A DNA stretch of 60,000 nucleotides from Laetmonice hystrix (lineage: Eukaryota), in NCBI GenBank assembly GCA_965235115.1, contig OZ249436.1:15440001-15500000 (forward strand). Direction: 5' to 3'. A model generated the notes under the pieces. That model did not search any database and was not told the DNA's origin. It saw nothing but the letters and a program-made list of their open reading frames with translations. Shown here piece by piece: positions 12,161-22,900 of this stretch. A program made the translations under genes and the position numbers. Within the stretch, counting starts at the first letter, position 1. Each line of letters starts with the position of its first letter.

Positions 12161-12878
12161 GGGCCGGTTTTTAAATCAAATGGGTTCGGTAAGACTAAGA
12201 CTAGACTTACCCAAGTCTAAGCCTGAATTCCAGTTTTTAAATCAGCATGCTTGCCTGGCTTAGGTAAGTCTAAGCCTGGTGGCGACAAAACACGGATCCC
12301 ACCATGATGGAAACGTCACATTAGAATGTAGAATGATCTTTGAAAGCTATTATTTTGCCCCAGTGATGGCAACATGTGAAAAAGTCCGTAGAATTCGTTA
12401 ATGCCAACCTCTAACTGTCAGGCGATGCTGTCTTTGACTCTGCTAATCTAGATTTACGTAACAAAAAGGAGTACGTCAAAATTGCTGGGTCATCGGTCAT
12501 AGGTGGGTCAGAGGTCATGTCTTAGGTCAAAGGTTGCACTTCCGCCCAAGCCAACCACAACAACGACGATGACGCAGCGAAACGAGTGCGTAGTCAAGTT
12601 GCATATTTCAACTAATACGAATCTATTCTGTGTAAAAGTTGATCTCATCAGATTTTTATATAAAATAACTCGATGAATAGTGATGGGAAGAAACAATGTT
12701 GTCTAAATCTTCGGAAAGAGACATTTGAAGCATGCTAAGCCAGCTCGGCACTTGTCTTACAAAGCTGAGTCTAGGCTTAAAGTCTAAGCCTCTGTCAGCT
12801 GATTTAAAAACAGAAACGTAAGACTAGGCTCAGTCTTACGCTGGCTTAGGCCTAAGATTGTGATTTAAAAACTGGCCC
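12161..12878. mobile_element. Nested Harbinger-like MITE with CTG target-site duplication
   Basis: TIR GGGCCGGTTTTTAAATCA / TGATTTAAAAACTGGCCC, CTG at 12158-12160 and 12879-12881, subterminal AGTCTAAGCC repeats. Confidence 0.85.
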
Positions 12879-12972
12879 CTGCTACGGTCTGCATACGCAC
12901 ATGCATGTTGGCCACTCCCGGCCACGCTCCAAGCAGAAGTCAATCACTCTGTTAACGCTGACAAACGGACCG

Positions 12973-13025
12973 GAGGCGGAAGTGATTAGCTCCGAGGCGG
13001 AAGTGCTTGGAGATAACCACTTCCG
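12973..13025. promoter_or_regulatory. Tandem ETS/GABP-type motifs upstream of ULK3
   Basis: GAGGCGGAAGTG at 12973-12984 and 12994-13005, plus CACTTCCG at 13018-13025, about 350-400 bp before the ULK3 ATG. Confidence 0.45.
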
Positions 13026-13372
13026 TTTTACAGCTTTCTGTTAGCCATCACCGGGCCTAACATAGCGGATGCGTATGGTAGGCACCGGGGACCAGGCTAT
13101 GGTGTACTGGCCTGGTCCCCAGCTCCATATGCGGATGCGTATGGTTAAGGCACCGGGTACCAGGCTAGGTGTACGAGCGTTACCTACTCTGTGTCTGCTA
13201 AAAGGCTAAAAGTGCAACATTTTCTTCTCTTTTCCCCATAATTATACCCTTACTGTATAATTAAATTTAATCTGATTAAAATCTTTATATTAAAATTTCA
13301 GGGAAGTATTTGATTAGTCATTAGTATTTGGTTAAAGATCTAGAGCACTTGTCGAATGAGGTCAAATGCATC

Positions 13373-16300
13373 ATGGCGACATCCGCTGCAAGTGCACCCC
13401 CTCCAAGAATAAAAGATTTCGTATTTACTGAGAAATTAGGAAGCGGAACCTATGCCACTGTTTACAAGGCTTATAGAAAGGTACTGATTCGATAATTATA
13501 GGCGGGTTATGCCTATGGCTATGGCTATGGTAAAAATAATGGTTATGGCATCATTTGAAACCATCTTGCTAACTTTGTTTAGTCAGTCAGTGCATGACTG
13601 AGTGTGAGTGTGTAGGCCTACTGTAACTTGTAAGTGTAAGGGGCTGTCCATAAATGACGTCATGGCCTAGGGGGGGGGGGGATTTTATGACAAGATATGA
13701 CAAGGGGGGAGGGGGGGTCCCCTCATTTATGACGTCATGTTTTAATTTTTTAGTTTAGCCACTCTAGGTTAGTGGCTCCACTCAGGCCACTTGGTATTGG
13801 AGTCTCTATTTTAAAAGTAAAAATAATTAAAATAATCTCCTGTCTTGGAAATCTATAGCATTAAAATACATGTAGATATAAATAAAGCAATCTACAGGTG
13901 GCATTCAGGGTCCCGTCTTACTAACGTAGGTCACCGCAATATCGCCATCAAAGTCGCCAAATTGGCGATATCGCCAGCTCTAGGTGTCCTACTAAAAAAT
14001 CCCTCCCTGGCGATGTCGCCAATTTGGCATTATCATCAGCGTAAGCGGCAATCGGCGACCTGTTAGTAAGAAACCTAATAAACACATATAGGCCTATATT
14101 CTTACTATTCTGAATAACTATTGTATATCTGTAGACTAGGGCCTACTTCAAGGGGGGGGGGGGTTACTGGACACATGGCATCATTTTTTAGGGGGGGGTC
14201 TGGCACATCGTGACGAAGCATAACATGTGGGGAGGGGGGGGGGGGTCAAAATTCAAAAATGGCCCAAAAAAGCATGACGTCATTTATGGACAGCCCCTAC
14301 CAGGGCCCCATTTCACTAAGCTGGCGATGTCGCCCATAATAAATGTCACCTGGTGCGGCCAACTTATATATATATTAAAAAGCTTTAACTTTAAAGTACG
14401 GTACCGTAATGGGGGACGTCGGCAGAACGGGCAACAGTTTACCTTATATGCGTATAATATGGGGTGGTGACGTCTCATTTGGTGACGTCGCCAGCTTAGT
14501 GAAACAGGGACCAGACGTCGATGCAAGAGCATGCCAGTGCTGCCCTCCAGTGGAAAGATAGGGAATCAGTGCTCTCAGAGATGGACTGGCAACTGCTGAC
14601 AAAGCTTAGTGCAAGCTGTATTGTTTATTATTTTCCTTTCCAATGACTGTATTGCCTGTCTTTTAGGGTGGTCTCCGAGAGGTAGTTGCAATCAAGTGTG
14701 TAGAGAAATCAAGTTTAAATCGAGCATCAACGGAAAATCTACTGACTGAAATTGAATTGTTGAAGCGCCTGAAACATGACCACATTGTACAGCTTAAAGA
14801 CTTTCAGGTAATCCTGGAATACATTTCTATTTATTTGTTTTCTTGTAATGATGAGATATAAAAAAATCCTTTCATCTGTCTCTTCAATCATGTAAGAGTA
14901 AATTATTTTCAAAAGAAACATACCAAGAAACAAACCATGAATGTGGTCTATGATGGTGGTGCACTGTCATATAAATGATGCCTTGCTGAACTTGTTCCTA
15001 TACTTTTTACAGTGGGACCAGCACTACATTTATCTTATCATGGAATACTGCTGTGGTGGGGACCTGTCCATGTTCATACGTTCCCGGCGTACACTATCCG
15101 AATATACAGTCAAAAGGTTTCTTCAGCAGCTCGGTATGAGATTCACTCATCAAAGTGCGTTTTTGATGTTCCTTTTTCACACCTTCAAACTTTCGCCCTT
15201 AAACTCGGAAATAAACCTTGCCTTTCAGCCCAAGCTCTTCAGTACATGAGGTCCCAAAATGTCTCCCACATGGACCTTAAACCACAGAACATTCTGCTAT
15301 CTTCACCTTCAAATCCAGTCCTGAAAGTTGGAGGTGAGATTTCATGTACATTGTATGCTGTAAGAGGTTGAGGTTATCAAGAGTTACAGTAAGAATATCT
15401 TGCAAATTTTATTAATTGTAATATGGACCTGGAAGAACCAAGCACTTGTGATACATCATGTTGAGAGTAACATAATTATAAAAATGAAACTAGACATCAT
15501 GATTGCAAGCAATACACTAATCCCATTTCCTCCGGACGTCATGAGGAAAACGCCAGGTGCCATTCGTATGCTATCAAGTACCTAAGTGGCCCATAGCCTT
15601 ACCACTCTGCCATCTTGGTTTTACTGTCAGTCCTGGAACCTTTGTCCCAAATCTCAGAAAGGGTAATTGACAGAGGTCAAGTTATGGGAAAATTATCTCT
15701 GAAAACCATGTATGTCAAAATATTTCATAACTATGATTTTGACAAGGCCTCATATCCTGCCTGGTGGTGTTTTGGTATTCAGAGTCTGAAATATGAGAAA
15801 AAAAAATTTCCGTATTTGGTGGGATTCGAACCCATGATCTCCGGCTTTTAGGTCGGGCATGCTACCAACTCAGCTATTGAGACTCATGCTTGTAGAGGTA
15901 CCTAGGTCCTATTTGAAATAGGTGGATGACGTCATGACACAAAAGAGTGACGTCACAGAAAAAAGTTTGCATAAATCTAGCTCAGCATCCCATCCTCTTT
16001 AAGCCTATTAAGTTTCGTTAAGATCTGTTAAAAACTGCCAGAGATATGACCGATTTCCGGTAAACTTTATCTTTGAGAACCATGTATGTCAAAACATTTC
16101 ATAACTATGACTGTGACAAGGCCTCATATCCTGCCTGGTGGTGTTTTGGTTTTCAGAGTGTGAAAAATGAGAAAAAACTTTTTGTACTTTGTGGGATTCG
16201 AACCGATGATCTCCAGCCTTTAGGTCGGGCATGTTACCCACTCAGCTATTGAGACTCACAGGTATAGAGGTACCTGGGTCCTATTTGAAATAGGTGGATG

Positions 16301-19300
16301 ACTTTATGACACAAAAGAGTGACGTCACAGAAAAAAGTTTGCATAAATCTAGCTCAGCATCCCATCCTCTGTAAGCCTACCAAGTTTCATTAAGATCTGT
16401 TAAAAACTGCCAGAGATATGACCGATTTCTGGTAAACTGACCAAAGAATCAAATTTTGATGTCACGTGATTCAGTGAAAAAAGGTCCGATCGCTAAACAA
16501 CGGCCCCACAATTTTAAGCTATCCACTAGGAACACCCAGAAGTGGTTTGGTCAAGATTTTCAAAAAAATGAGAGAGTAGTAAGGATTTAACCATATTGTG
16601 ACCTTTGACCCGAATCTCAGAAAGGGTAATGATCCAAGGTCAAGTTATGGAACAAGTATCTTAGAGAACCATCCACGAAGAGGATCTATAACCAATATTT
16701 CCCCAAGTAACAGTAGTTTTGTGTTGGGAGTTGATAAATTGATGCTCCATGTGACGTGTTTGAGACGTCATAAAACCAAGACATGACGTCGCATGAAGTC
16801 CTGCTTCATATGCACAGATCTTCATCCCATGATGAACCCTCCCTGCAAGTTTCAACCTGCTATCTTAAAAAGTGACCGAGATATACACTTTGTCTTACAA
16901 CAGGAATAATAATAATAATAATAATAATAATAGTGTAGACGAAACCATACAAAATCAAAATCCCATTTCCCCGTCAGGGAAATGGGATAATTGTCCATCT
17001 TGTTCTCTGTTTGACAGATTTTGGATTTGCACATTATTTGATTGGTGAAACTGAGGCTGATCTCCTCCGAGGTTCACCTCTGTACATGGCCCCTGAAATT
17101 GTTATCCATCGCCATTACAATGAGAAAGCAGACCTGTGGTCAACAGGGGTAATCTTATATGGTAAGTCTATTTTTTAGTATTTTACAAAATTATCTCTCA
17201 ATGCTCTTATAAATGCTCTGGTGATGCACTGAAAAGGAGTTCCTAAAAGTTTTACAGGGTGCCAGGTTCCCACAGTCATGAAAAGTCATGAAACGTCATG
17301 GAAAATGAAATTTGGTTTTCCAGGCATGGAAAAGTCATGGAATTTGAAATTTCGTTTGAACCACATAAATTTCAGTTTCTGCATGTTGTCTAAAAGAGTT
17401 CCACGACATACTGTATATAGGACAATTCTGGGATTTTATTGTATTTTGTTAATTTTATCCTGAATTGGTCATGAAATTTGGGAGTTTTGGCCTGGAAAAG
17501 TCATGAAATTTCAGTATATCCAACCTGTGGGAACCCTGTTTTATCAGTGGCTTTTTAATATATATACCTGTTTTGTTATCAAATATGACAATGTTTCAGT
17601 CATCGAGGGGTACCGTAATCTTCCGTGTACAAGCCGCGGCCATGTATAAGCCGCACCCCCATTTTTAGAGCAAAAGTCAGAGAAAAAAAAAATTCACGTT
17701 TCTGACGCCAGTCGTAGCAAAGTTGGGCCCCAACCATCAACCCTACAGGCTGAGACGTGTATCAGCTAGGTGTTTTACCAGCTTGGCCATAGTGTGAAAA
17801 GTCGTTGGCCAGACGCCGGTGCCACCATCACCTCCCATTGTTAAACGGGCCGTTGCTTTCACGGGGCATTGAAAACAATAGGACCCACTTTTATTTGGGA
17901 ATCCATCTCACTGTCTTAGTCAGCAAAGAGTCACACGTAAAACAATGGGTATTAACGGGTTGTGGGTATAAAGCAGGCCAGTTCCCATCAGAAATGCCTT
18001 CCTTTGTCCCATTCAAATGATGATCTTGCCCAGAATCTTTCTCTGTCTATATCTCTCTCTATATGTTTCTTTAAATCTATAACTCTCTATATAACATTAA
18101 ATTAATTTAATACTTTATTCGCAATACCACCACTAGGGGTGTAATAATAGCGTTGGTGGCGCCACCTAGGGATGACTTGGTCTCCACATAGACGTAGAAG
18201 TCTCCAGACGCTTGTGGCCATGTATAAGCCGCACCCCTGATTTATGATTAATTTGAGGAGGAAAAAAGTGCGGCTTATACACGGAAGATTACGGTAATTT
18301 CAGTAACCTGTTAAGATGTTGCAGTGATGGCTGGCACTATTTCAAACATTTATAAGTTGTGTGCTGATTATTTCAGAGTGTCTTTTTGGAAGGGCACCAT
18401 TTGCATCAAAGTCTATACAAGAACTACAGTTAAAAATCAGTGATGGCTGGCACTATTTCAAACATAAGTTGTGTGCTGATTATTTCAGAGTGTCTTTTTG
18501 GAAGGGCACCATTTGCATCAAAGTCTATACAAGAACTACAGTTAAAAATCAAGGATACAAGGCCCATTGAGGTAATATGTGTAGTTGTGTGGAGCCTGAT
18601 ATTTAATTGATATGAACAGTTCAGGACAATTCAGTGTAACACTTTAAAAGGACTGCAGTAGAAATGCTCCTGACAATTTTGGCATCAAGTAAGTTAAATA
18701 TCGAAGTGATGATAGACACAAATAGTAAGTTGATGTTATTTAAAAAATCAATTGATAAGAATCGTGAAGACTGAATAGATTGAAGAGATATTTCGTTTGT
18801 TATGTCTATTTAGCTGCCATATGGAGTGACAGTGTCTGCAGGAGTACGCAGTTTGTTAGTTGGATTGTTGAGACGGGATCCTGATGATAGGATGTCCTTT
18901 GATGAATTCTTCTCACACCCATTCCTGGACTTAGGTCGTGCCCCCTCAAGCAGTTCCTTGACAAAAGCCGTAAGTACCCCAATATCATTTTATATACCAA
19001 GCATGTACCTGTATCATTACCTTTAAATAAGTCTGTTTTATTAATGCACTACCTCTGTTCTCTCAGTATCAGCTCAGGAGAAAAGGGTACAATAGATGTG
19101 GTGACTAAGTAGGAACTACCCTGGTATCCTTCTCTTAGTCCCTGATTAGAAGAACAAGTTGTAAAGTTCTGCCAGAACCTACAAGAACCCAGTATTGAAA
19201 ATGGTAAAGTACTGTCAAATGGGGTGGCTTTGAACATGGGTGGCTTTGGACAAACTTGAAAAAAATGTTAATTTTTTAAACCTGTTTTTGCTTTTTGATA

Positions 19301-22300
19301 TAGCTGAGAATATGTGTGTACATAATGATTGAGGAATTGAGTTTAGAAAATGGCTGTGATAATACTCTACTGTCTTTGCTGATAAAGGTATCATCATTCT
19401 TTTACATGGTCCAAAAAGGTTGAGTTTTCAAGGTAATCGATCTTTTTGGTACTACAGACCTTGTTTTTTTTTTATGTTTTTTTTTAATGTTAACAACAAA
19501 CCTGAAATTTTCGAAAAGGTTTGAAGTTGTTTTCTTATTTTTTAAGCCTTTCTCATTGTCCAATACTGCCTCAGAAGGAGTATTACTTTGGAAAGGCAGC
19601 TTGTTTATTGCCTGTCCAAAGTCGCCCCAACTTTGTACAAACTTTAGGGGGAAAAAATATACACCGTATTAAAAATGAAATAAGCCAGAGTTGACCCTAT
19701 GTGATATGACTTGATCTTTCTTTGTTATACATGTATATCAAGTCCAGACAACAATTCTAAAATATAAATAATTTTGTCCAAAGCTACCCCAGATGACGGT
19801 AGCTTCGTAAAACTGTGCAGTTTAAAAAATAGGTTGCAGTAAAGGTCTTCCTGGGTGGAAGAGTACATCCCCACAAATCGATTTTTGCACATCTATGGAT
19901 AGAAATATCTTCAGACAGGTTACGATGGATTCTTTATAGACAGTTACAGGGCTCGAAATACTTTGAAAAATTTGATTAGCAATCATTGCAACTGATCATA
20001 AGTCGGCACATTAATATATAATGTTGATTCTCAAAAAATTGTGACTCATATGTTAATTTGATTTAAAAAGCCTTTACTGTGTAAAGAGAAAGAAAGCAAA
20101 CAGTGTTGTTCTGGTTGCCACAGCATGGTTGTTGTTCAAAAGTAATTACTATCAACTCTAGGGTAACATTTTTTGTTTTACTTTTTATTTTACAGATCAG
20201 TATAGCATCTGAGGCTGTGAAGAAAGATGAGGAAGGGGCTTATTCTGAAGCCATTACATTCTACTGTCAGTCCCTAGAGCACTTTGTTCCTGCAATCCAC
20301 TGTAAGTTTTTTTCTGTTGGTATGTCATATGGCTCAGTAAAATTATTTAGATACAATGTACATTTAAATAATAATTATCTCATATAGGTCTTGTCAAATT
20401 ATGAACCATTAAATGATTTCTCTGAAGCATTTAGTTTTCATATCATTAATCTGACATGGGCAGAAAGGTCATAGCTTAAGGTTTGTGTAATATTGTATGA
20501 GCTTGGTATATTGTTCACATTGAAAGTTTCAAAGTCAGTGTATGTTCAAATGTAAATGTTGCACATCTTTAGATGAAGCTGATGAAAGGAAGAAACAGGC
20601 CCTTCGGAGAAAGGTATAGCTTAGGATCCATACATCATAATATCTTAAGCCGTTTGAGCATTTGAAAGATACATCAGCCACGAGAATCTCTACAGAGACG
20701 CATCTTACAAAAACTGTGAATGAATTCAATTTAGGTCCAGGAGTACATGAATCGTGCAGAGGAGTTGAAAAATGCTATGAAACCATCTCGTGGTCCTCGG
20801 GATGAAACCGGAGAATCAGCAATTGTCCAAACTCCACCTCTACAACAATTGTGTGAGTAGCTACAGTTGTGAACAGTTTTCAAGTATTATGTCGACCCTT
20901 TCCTTTGTAGAACACACTTAAGAACACTGAAATAGAGGATTTTATTTGCAAATTACCTATAAGAGAAATCGGGTAATGACAACTGACAAGACTCGCTCAT
21001 AAAGACATGGATTGGGTTTAGGGAAATATTTCTAGTTGTAAAGAAAAACCCGAAAGAACTGTCAGACATGAATGGGGCAGTGCAGTTTAATGATAAATCT
21101 GCACAGATCATTATTGAGAAATACTTCAATATTTGTATTCTTCTGCCTCTCCCCCTTGCCACTCCCAGTGCAATTGTCGGAGGAGGATTCTCATCTGCTT
21201 GCAGCCCTGAAAATTATAGGTGTAGCAGAATATAAGGCAAGTGCACTTGCAGTATTCAGTTTATTTGAAACACCATTACTTCAATTCAAGGTGCCCTTTT
21301 CAGACCCATATCAGGTTAATCTCTGCATCATTGAGAAGCGTTAATTTCTGCCCCATTTGGGTGGTGGATGCCTTTTTTAAAACACCTCAACAGGCACTAA
21401 GGTAAAGCCAGCTTCCTTTGCAACTTTTTGTTCTACCCCCGACACCATACACCATAAAGTTATAAGTGTGAAAGGTTCTGGTACCCCGTGGCTGGTAGTA
21501 CTGGTACGGTAATCTTGGCATTAATAGGGAAATTCATGATGGTGTGATGGCGTTAGGGAATTCTCAGTCAGTTACCATTTTAAGTAAAGATCTTTGTTCT
21601 TTCCAGGAAAGTCGAGAAGACTATGAAACAGCTCTGGAAAAATATGAAGTGGCTCTTGGTGCTTTGATACAGCTTTTGAAAGGTATTATACTGCCTATTT
21701 AAAAATACTCTTGCTAAGATGATATGCTTATTATAGGCTGAGACTGACATTTTTTTTAATTTTTCCCTTTTAGCTGAACCTAAGGGACACAGAAGGGATT
21801 TACTGCAATCTCAGGTGTGGCTTCTTTATCTTCTCCTTTTTGGCATGTTAAAAGCAGACGCTGAATTAGCTTATTGATAGATTTTACATTGTCTTTAATA
21901 ATTCCCTCAACAACGATTTTATTCTTGGATAAGCAAGAAAAACGTTCCATGGTTAAGTTTTGTTTAAGAGAAAAAATACATTTTAGAAGACCTAAGTAAA
22001 CCAATATTCCACTAGGTGGCAGCACATACGAGTCCTTTTGCATTTTCCAGTAGACCATACCGCCACCTAGGGAACAGCATGCATCATTAGTGTGATTCTG
22101 TAACTGCATTTTCTCAAGTAATTCTCAAGTAATTTGAGTTTGAAACACAAGTATTAACCTACTTTCACAAGTTAAAACTGGTCAGTATCAATGTCTAGAG
22201 GTAATTGAATATTATATCCTCAGAAACAGAATTACTTGCTGAATGTTTGGTGTTTTTACAAGGTATACTCTGATTTCCCCTTTAAAATTGATAGGAAAGG

Positions 22301-22786
22301 CGATCTCGGAAATGTTAAAATTAAATAGTATGGATTTTAACTTGTATAGGTGCAAATATGGATGGCCAGAGCAGAAAAGATCAAGGCTTACTTAGAAGTA
22401 CGTAAGCTGAATGCTAAGCAGCTAAATGAACTCGCGAAGCAGGAAGAAGATGACAGCAATCGACTTCTCAGTAAGTGTGCCATTTTCTGCCCTTTAAGAT
22501 TTAAAAAAACTAAACATGGCTCATTGCAGGCCCACAAAGCCTGCAAATACTTTTAGGATTAATTAGGGAACAGGCAGCTATCTCAGGACAGTTTGTTTTT
22601 TAGTGTCAGGTATTTTTTTGTCAAATATTAGTAATTTTTGGGCCAATTTATCTTACTAAAATCATCTTTAGTTTTAAAACTGGCAGTGCTCAAGCTTCAA
22701 ATTAATGCCAGATGTGTTAATCAATTTTGATTTTACTAGGTTTAGATATTTTGAAAGTATGGTGTGAAAGACGAGGTATTGCCTAG
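13373..22786 (+). CDS. ULK3: Serine/threonine kinase ULK3 (kinase domain plus two MIT domains), ~491 aa; last exon tentative
   Basis: Exons 13373-13480, 14667-14807, 15013-15133, 15229-15333, 17018-17161, 18489-18571, 18814-18969, 20196-20301, 20573-20613, 20735-20852, 21169-21236, 21607-21682, 21774-21814, 22350-22470 and tentatively 22740-22786 join in frame. Kinase motifs: [64 protein letters not shown] motifs: [15 protein letters not shown] and WMARAEKIK. Confidence 0.95.
13640..14297. mobile_element. Harbinger-like MITE in ULK3 intron 1, carrying an internal fragment (~13908-14080) related to the foldback family
   Basis: TIR GGGGCTGTCCATAAATGACGTCATG / CATGACGTCATTTATGGACAGCCCC, flanks TAA / TAC. 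Confidence 0.8.
14304..14511. mobile_element. Short Harbinger-like MITE
   Basis: TTTCACTAAGCTGGCGATGTC / GACGTCGCCAGCTTAGTGAAA inverted termini with CAG on both sides. Confidence 0.7.
15488..16990 (-). mobile_element. Helentron-associated (HINE/DINE-1-like) non-autonomous element with two ~374 bp internal tandem units
   Basis: AACTAG end with a small hairpin, sub-TIR ATCCCATTTCC (15520-15530) / GGAAATGGGAT (16978-16988), (AAT)n microsatellite, and units starting near 15700 and 16070. Confidence 0.7.
17255..17538. mobile_element. MITE with CAGGG..CCCTG termini
   Basis: CAGGGT..GGTTCCCACAG / CTGTGGGAACCCTG, repeated GAAAAGTCATG motifs, TTTTA on both flanks. Confidence 0.65.
17613..18294. mobile_element. 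pogo/Tc1-mariner-like MITE with TA TSD
   Basis: TA|CCGTAATCTTCCGTGTACAAGCCGC ... GCGGCTTATACACGGAAGATTACGG|TA, with internal TATAAGCCGCACCCC repeats. Confidence 0.85.
18322..18551 (+). repeat. Tandem duplication of the ULK3 exon 6 acceptor and the first 63 nt of the exon
   Basis: Copy 1 at 18322-18437, copy 2 at 18438-18551. They are identical except for a 4 nt indel in the intronic part. Confidence 0.92.
19212..19799. mobile_element. pogo-like MITE with TA TSD
   Basis: TA|CTGTCAAATGGGGTGGCTTTGAACA ... TGTCCAAAGCTACCCCAGATGACGG|TA. Confidence 0.7.
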
Positions 22787-22900
22787 ATTTAGACGAGCAT
22801 GTTGCTGTAAGAATGCCTGCAAGAACAAAAGTTTATGCCACAATATTCAAGTAAGATAGTTTGGATACATAAGTTGTCAGTAAAAGCCACCAGAGGGAGC
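22009..22900. promoter_or_regulatory. Cluster of CTCF-like motifs at the 3' end of ULK3
   Basis: CCACTAGGTGGCAG (22009-22022, +), CGCCACCTAGGGAA (22061-22074, -) and CCACCAGAGGGAGC (22887-22900, +) resemble CCASYAGRKGGCRS. Confidence 0.45.

Larger units (their letters stand above)
11928..13099. mobile_element. Academ(H)-like non-autonomous element with 9 bp TSD, in the FAM241/ULK3 divergent promoter region
   Basis: Termini TAGCCTGGTGCCCGG ... CCGGGGACCAGGCTA. An exact TGGTGTACT duplication lies at 11919-11927 and 13100-13108. A 60 bp mini-copy follows at 13108-13167. Confidence 0.7.

Noticed and set aside
15798..15885. Possible tRNA gene
   Set aside because: It has A and B boxes but no acceptor stem, and it lies in a tandem unit of a mobile element.
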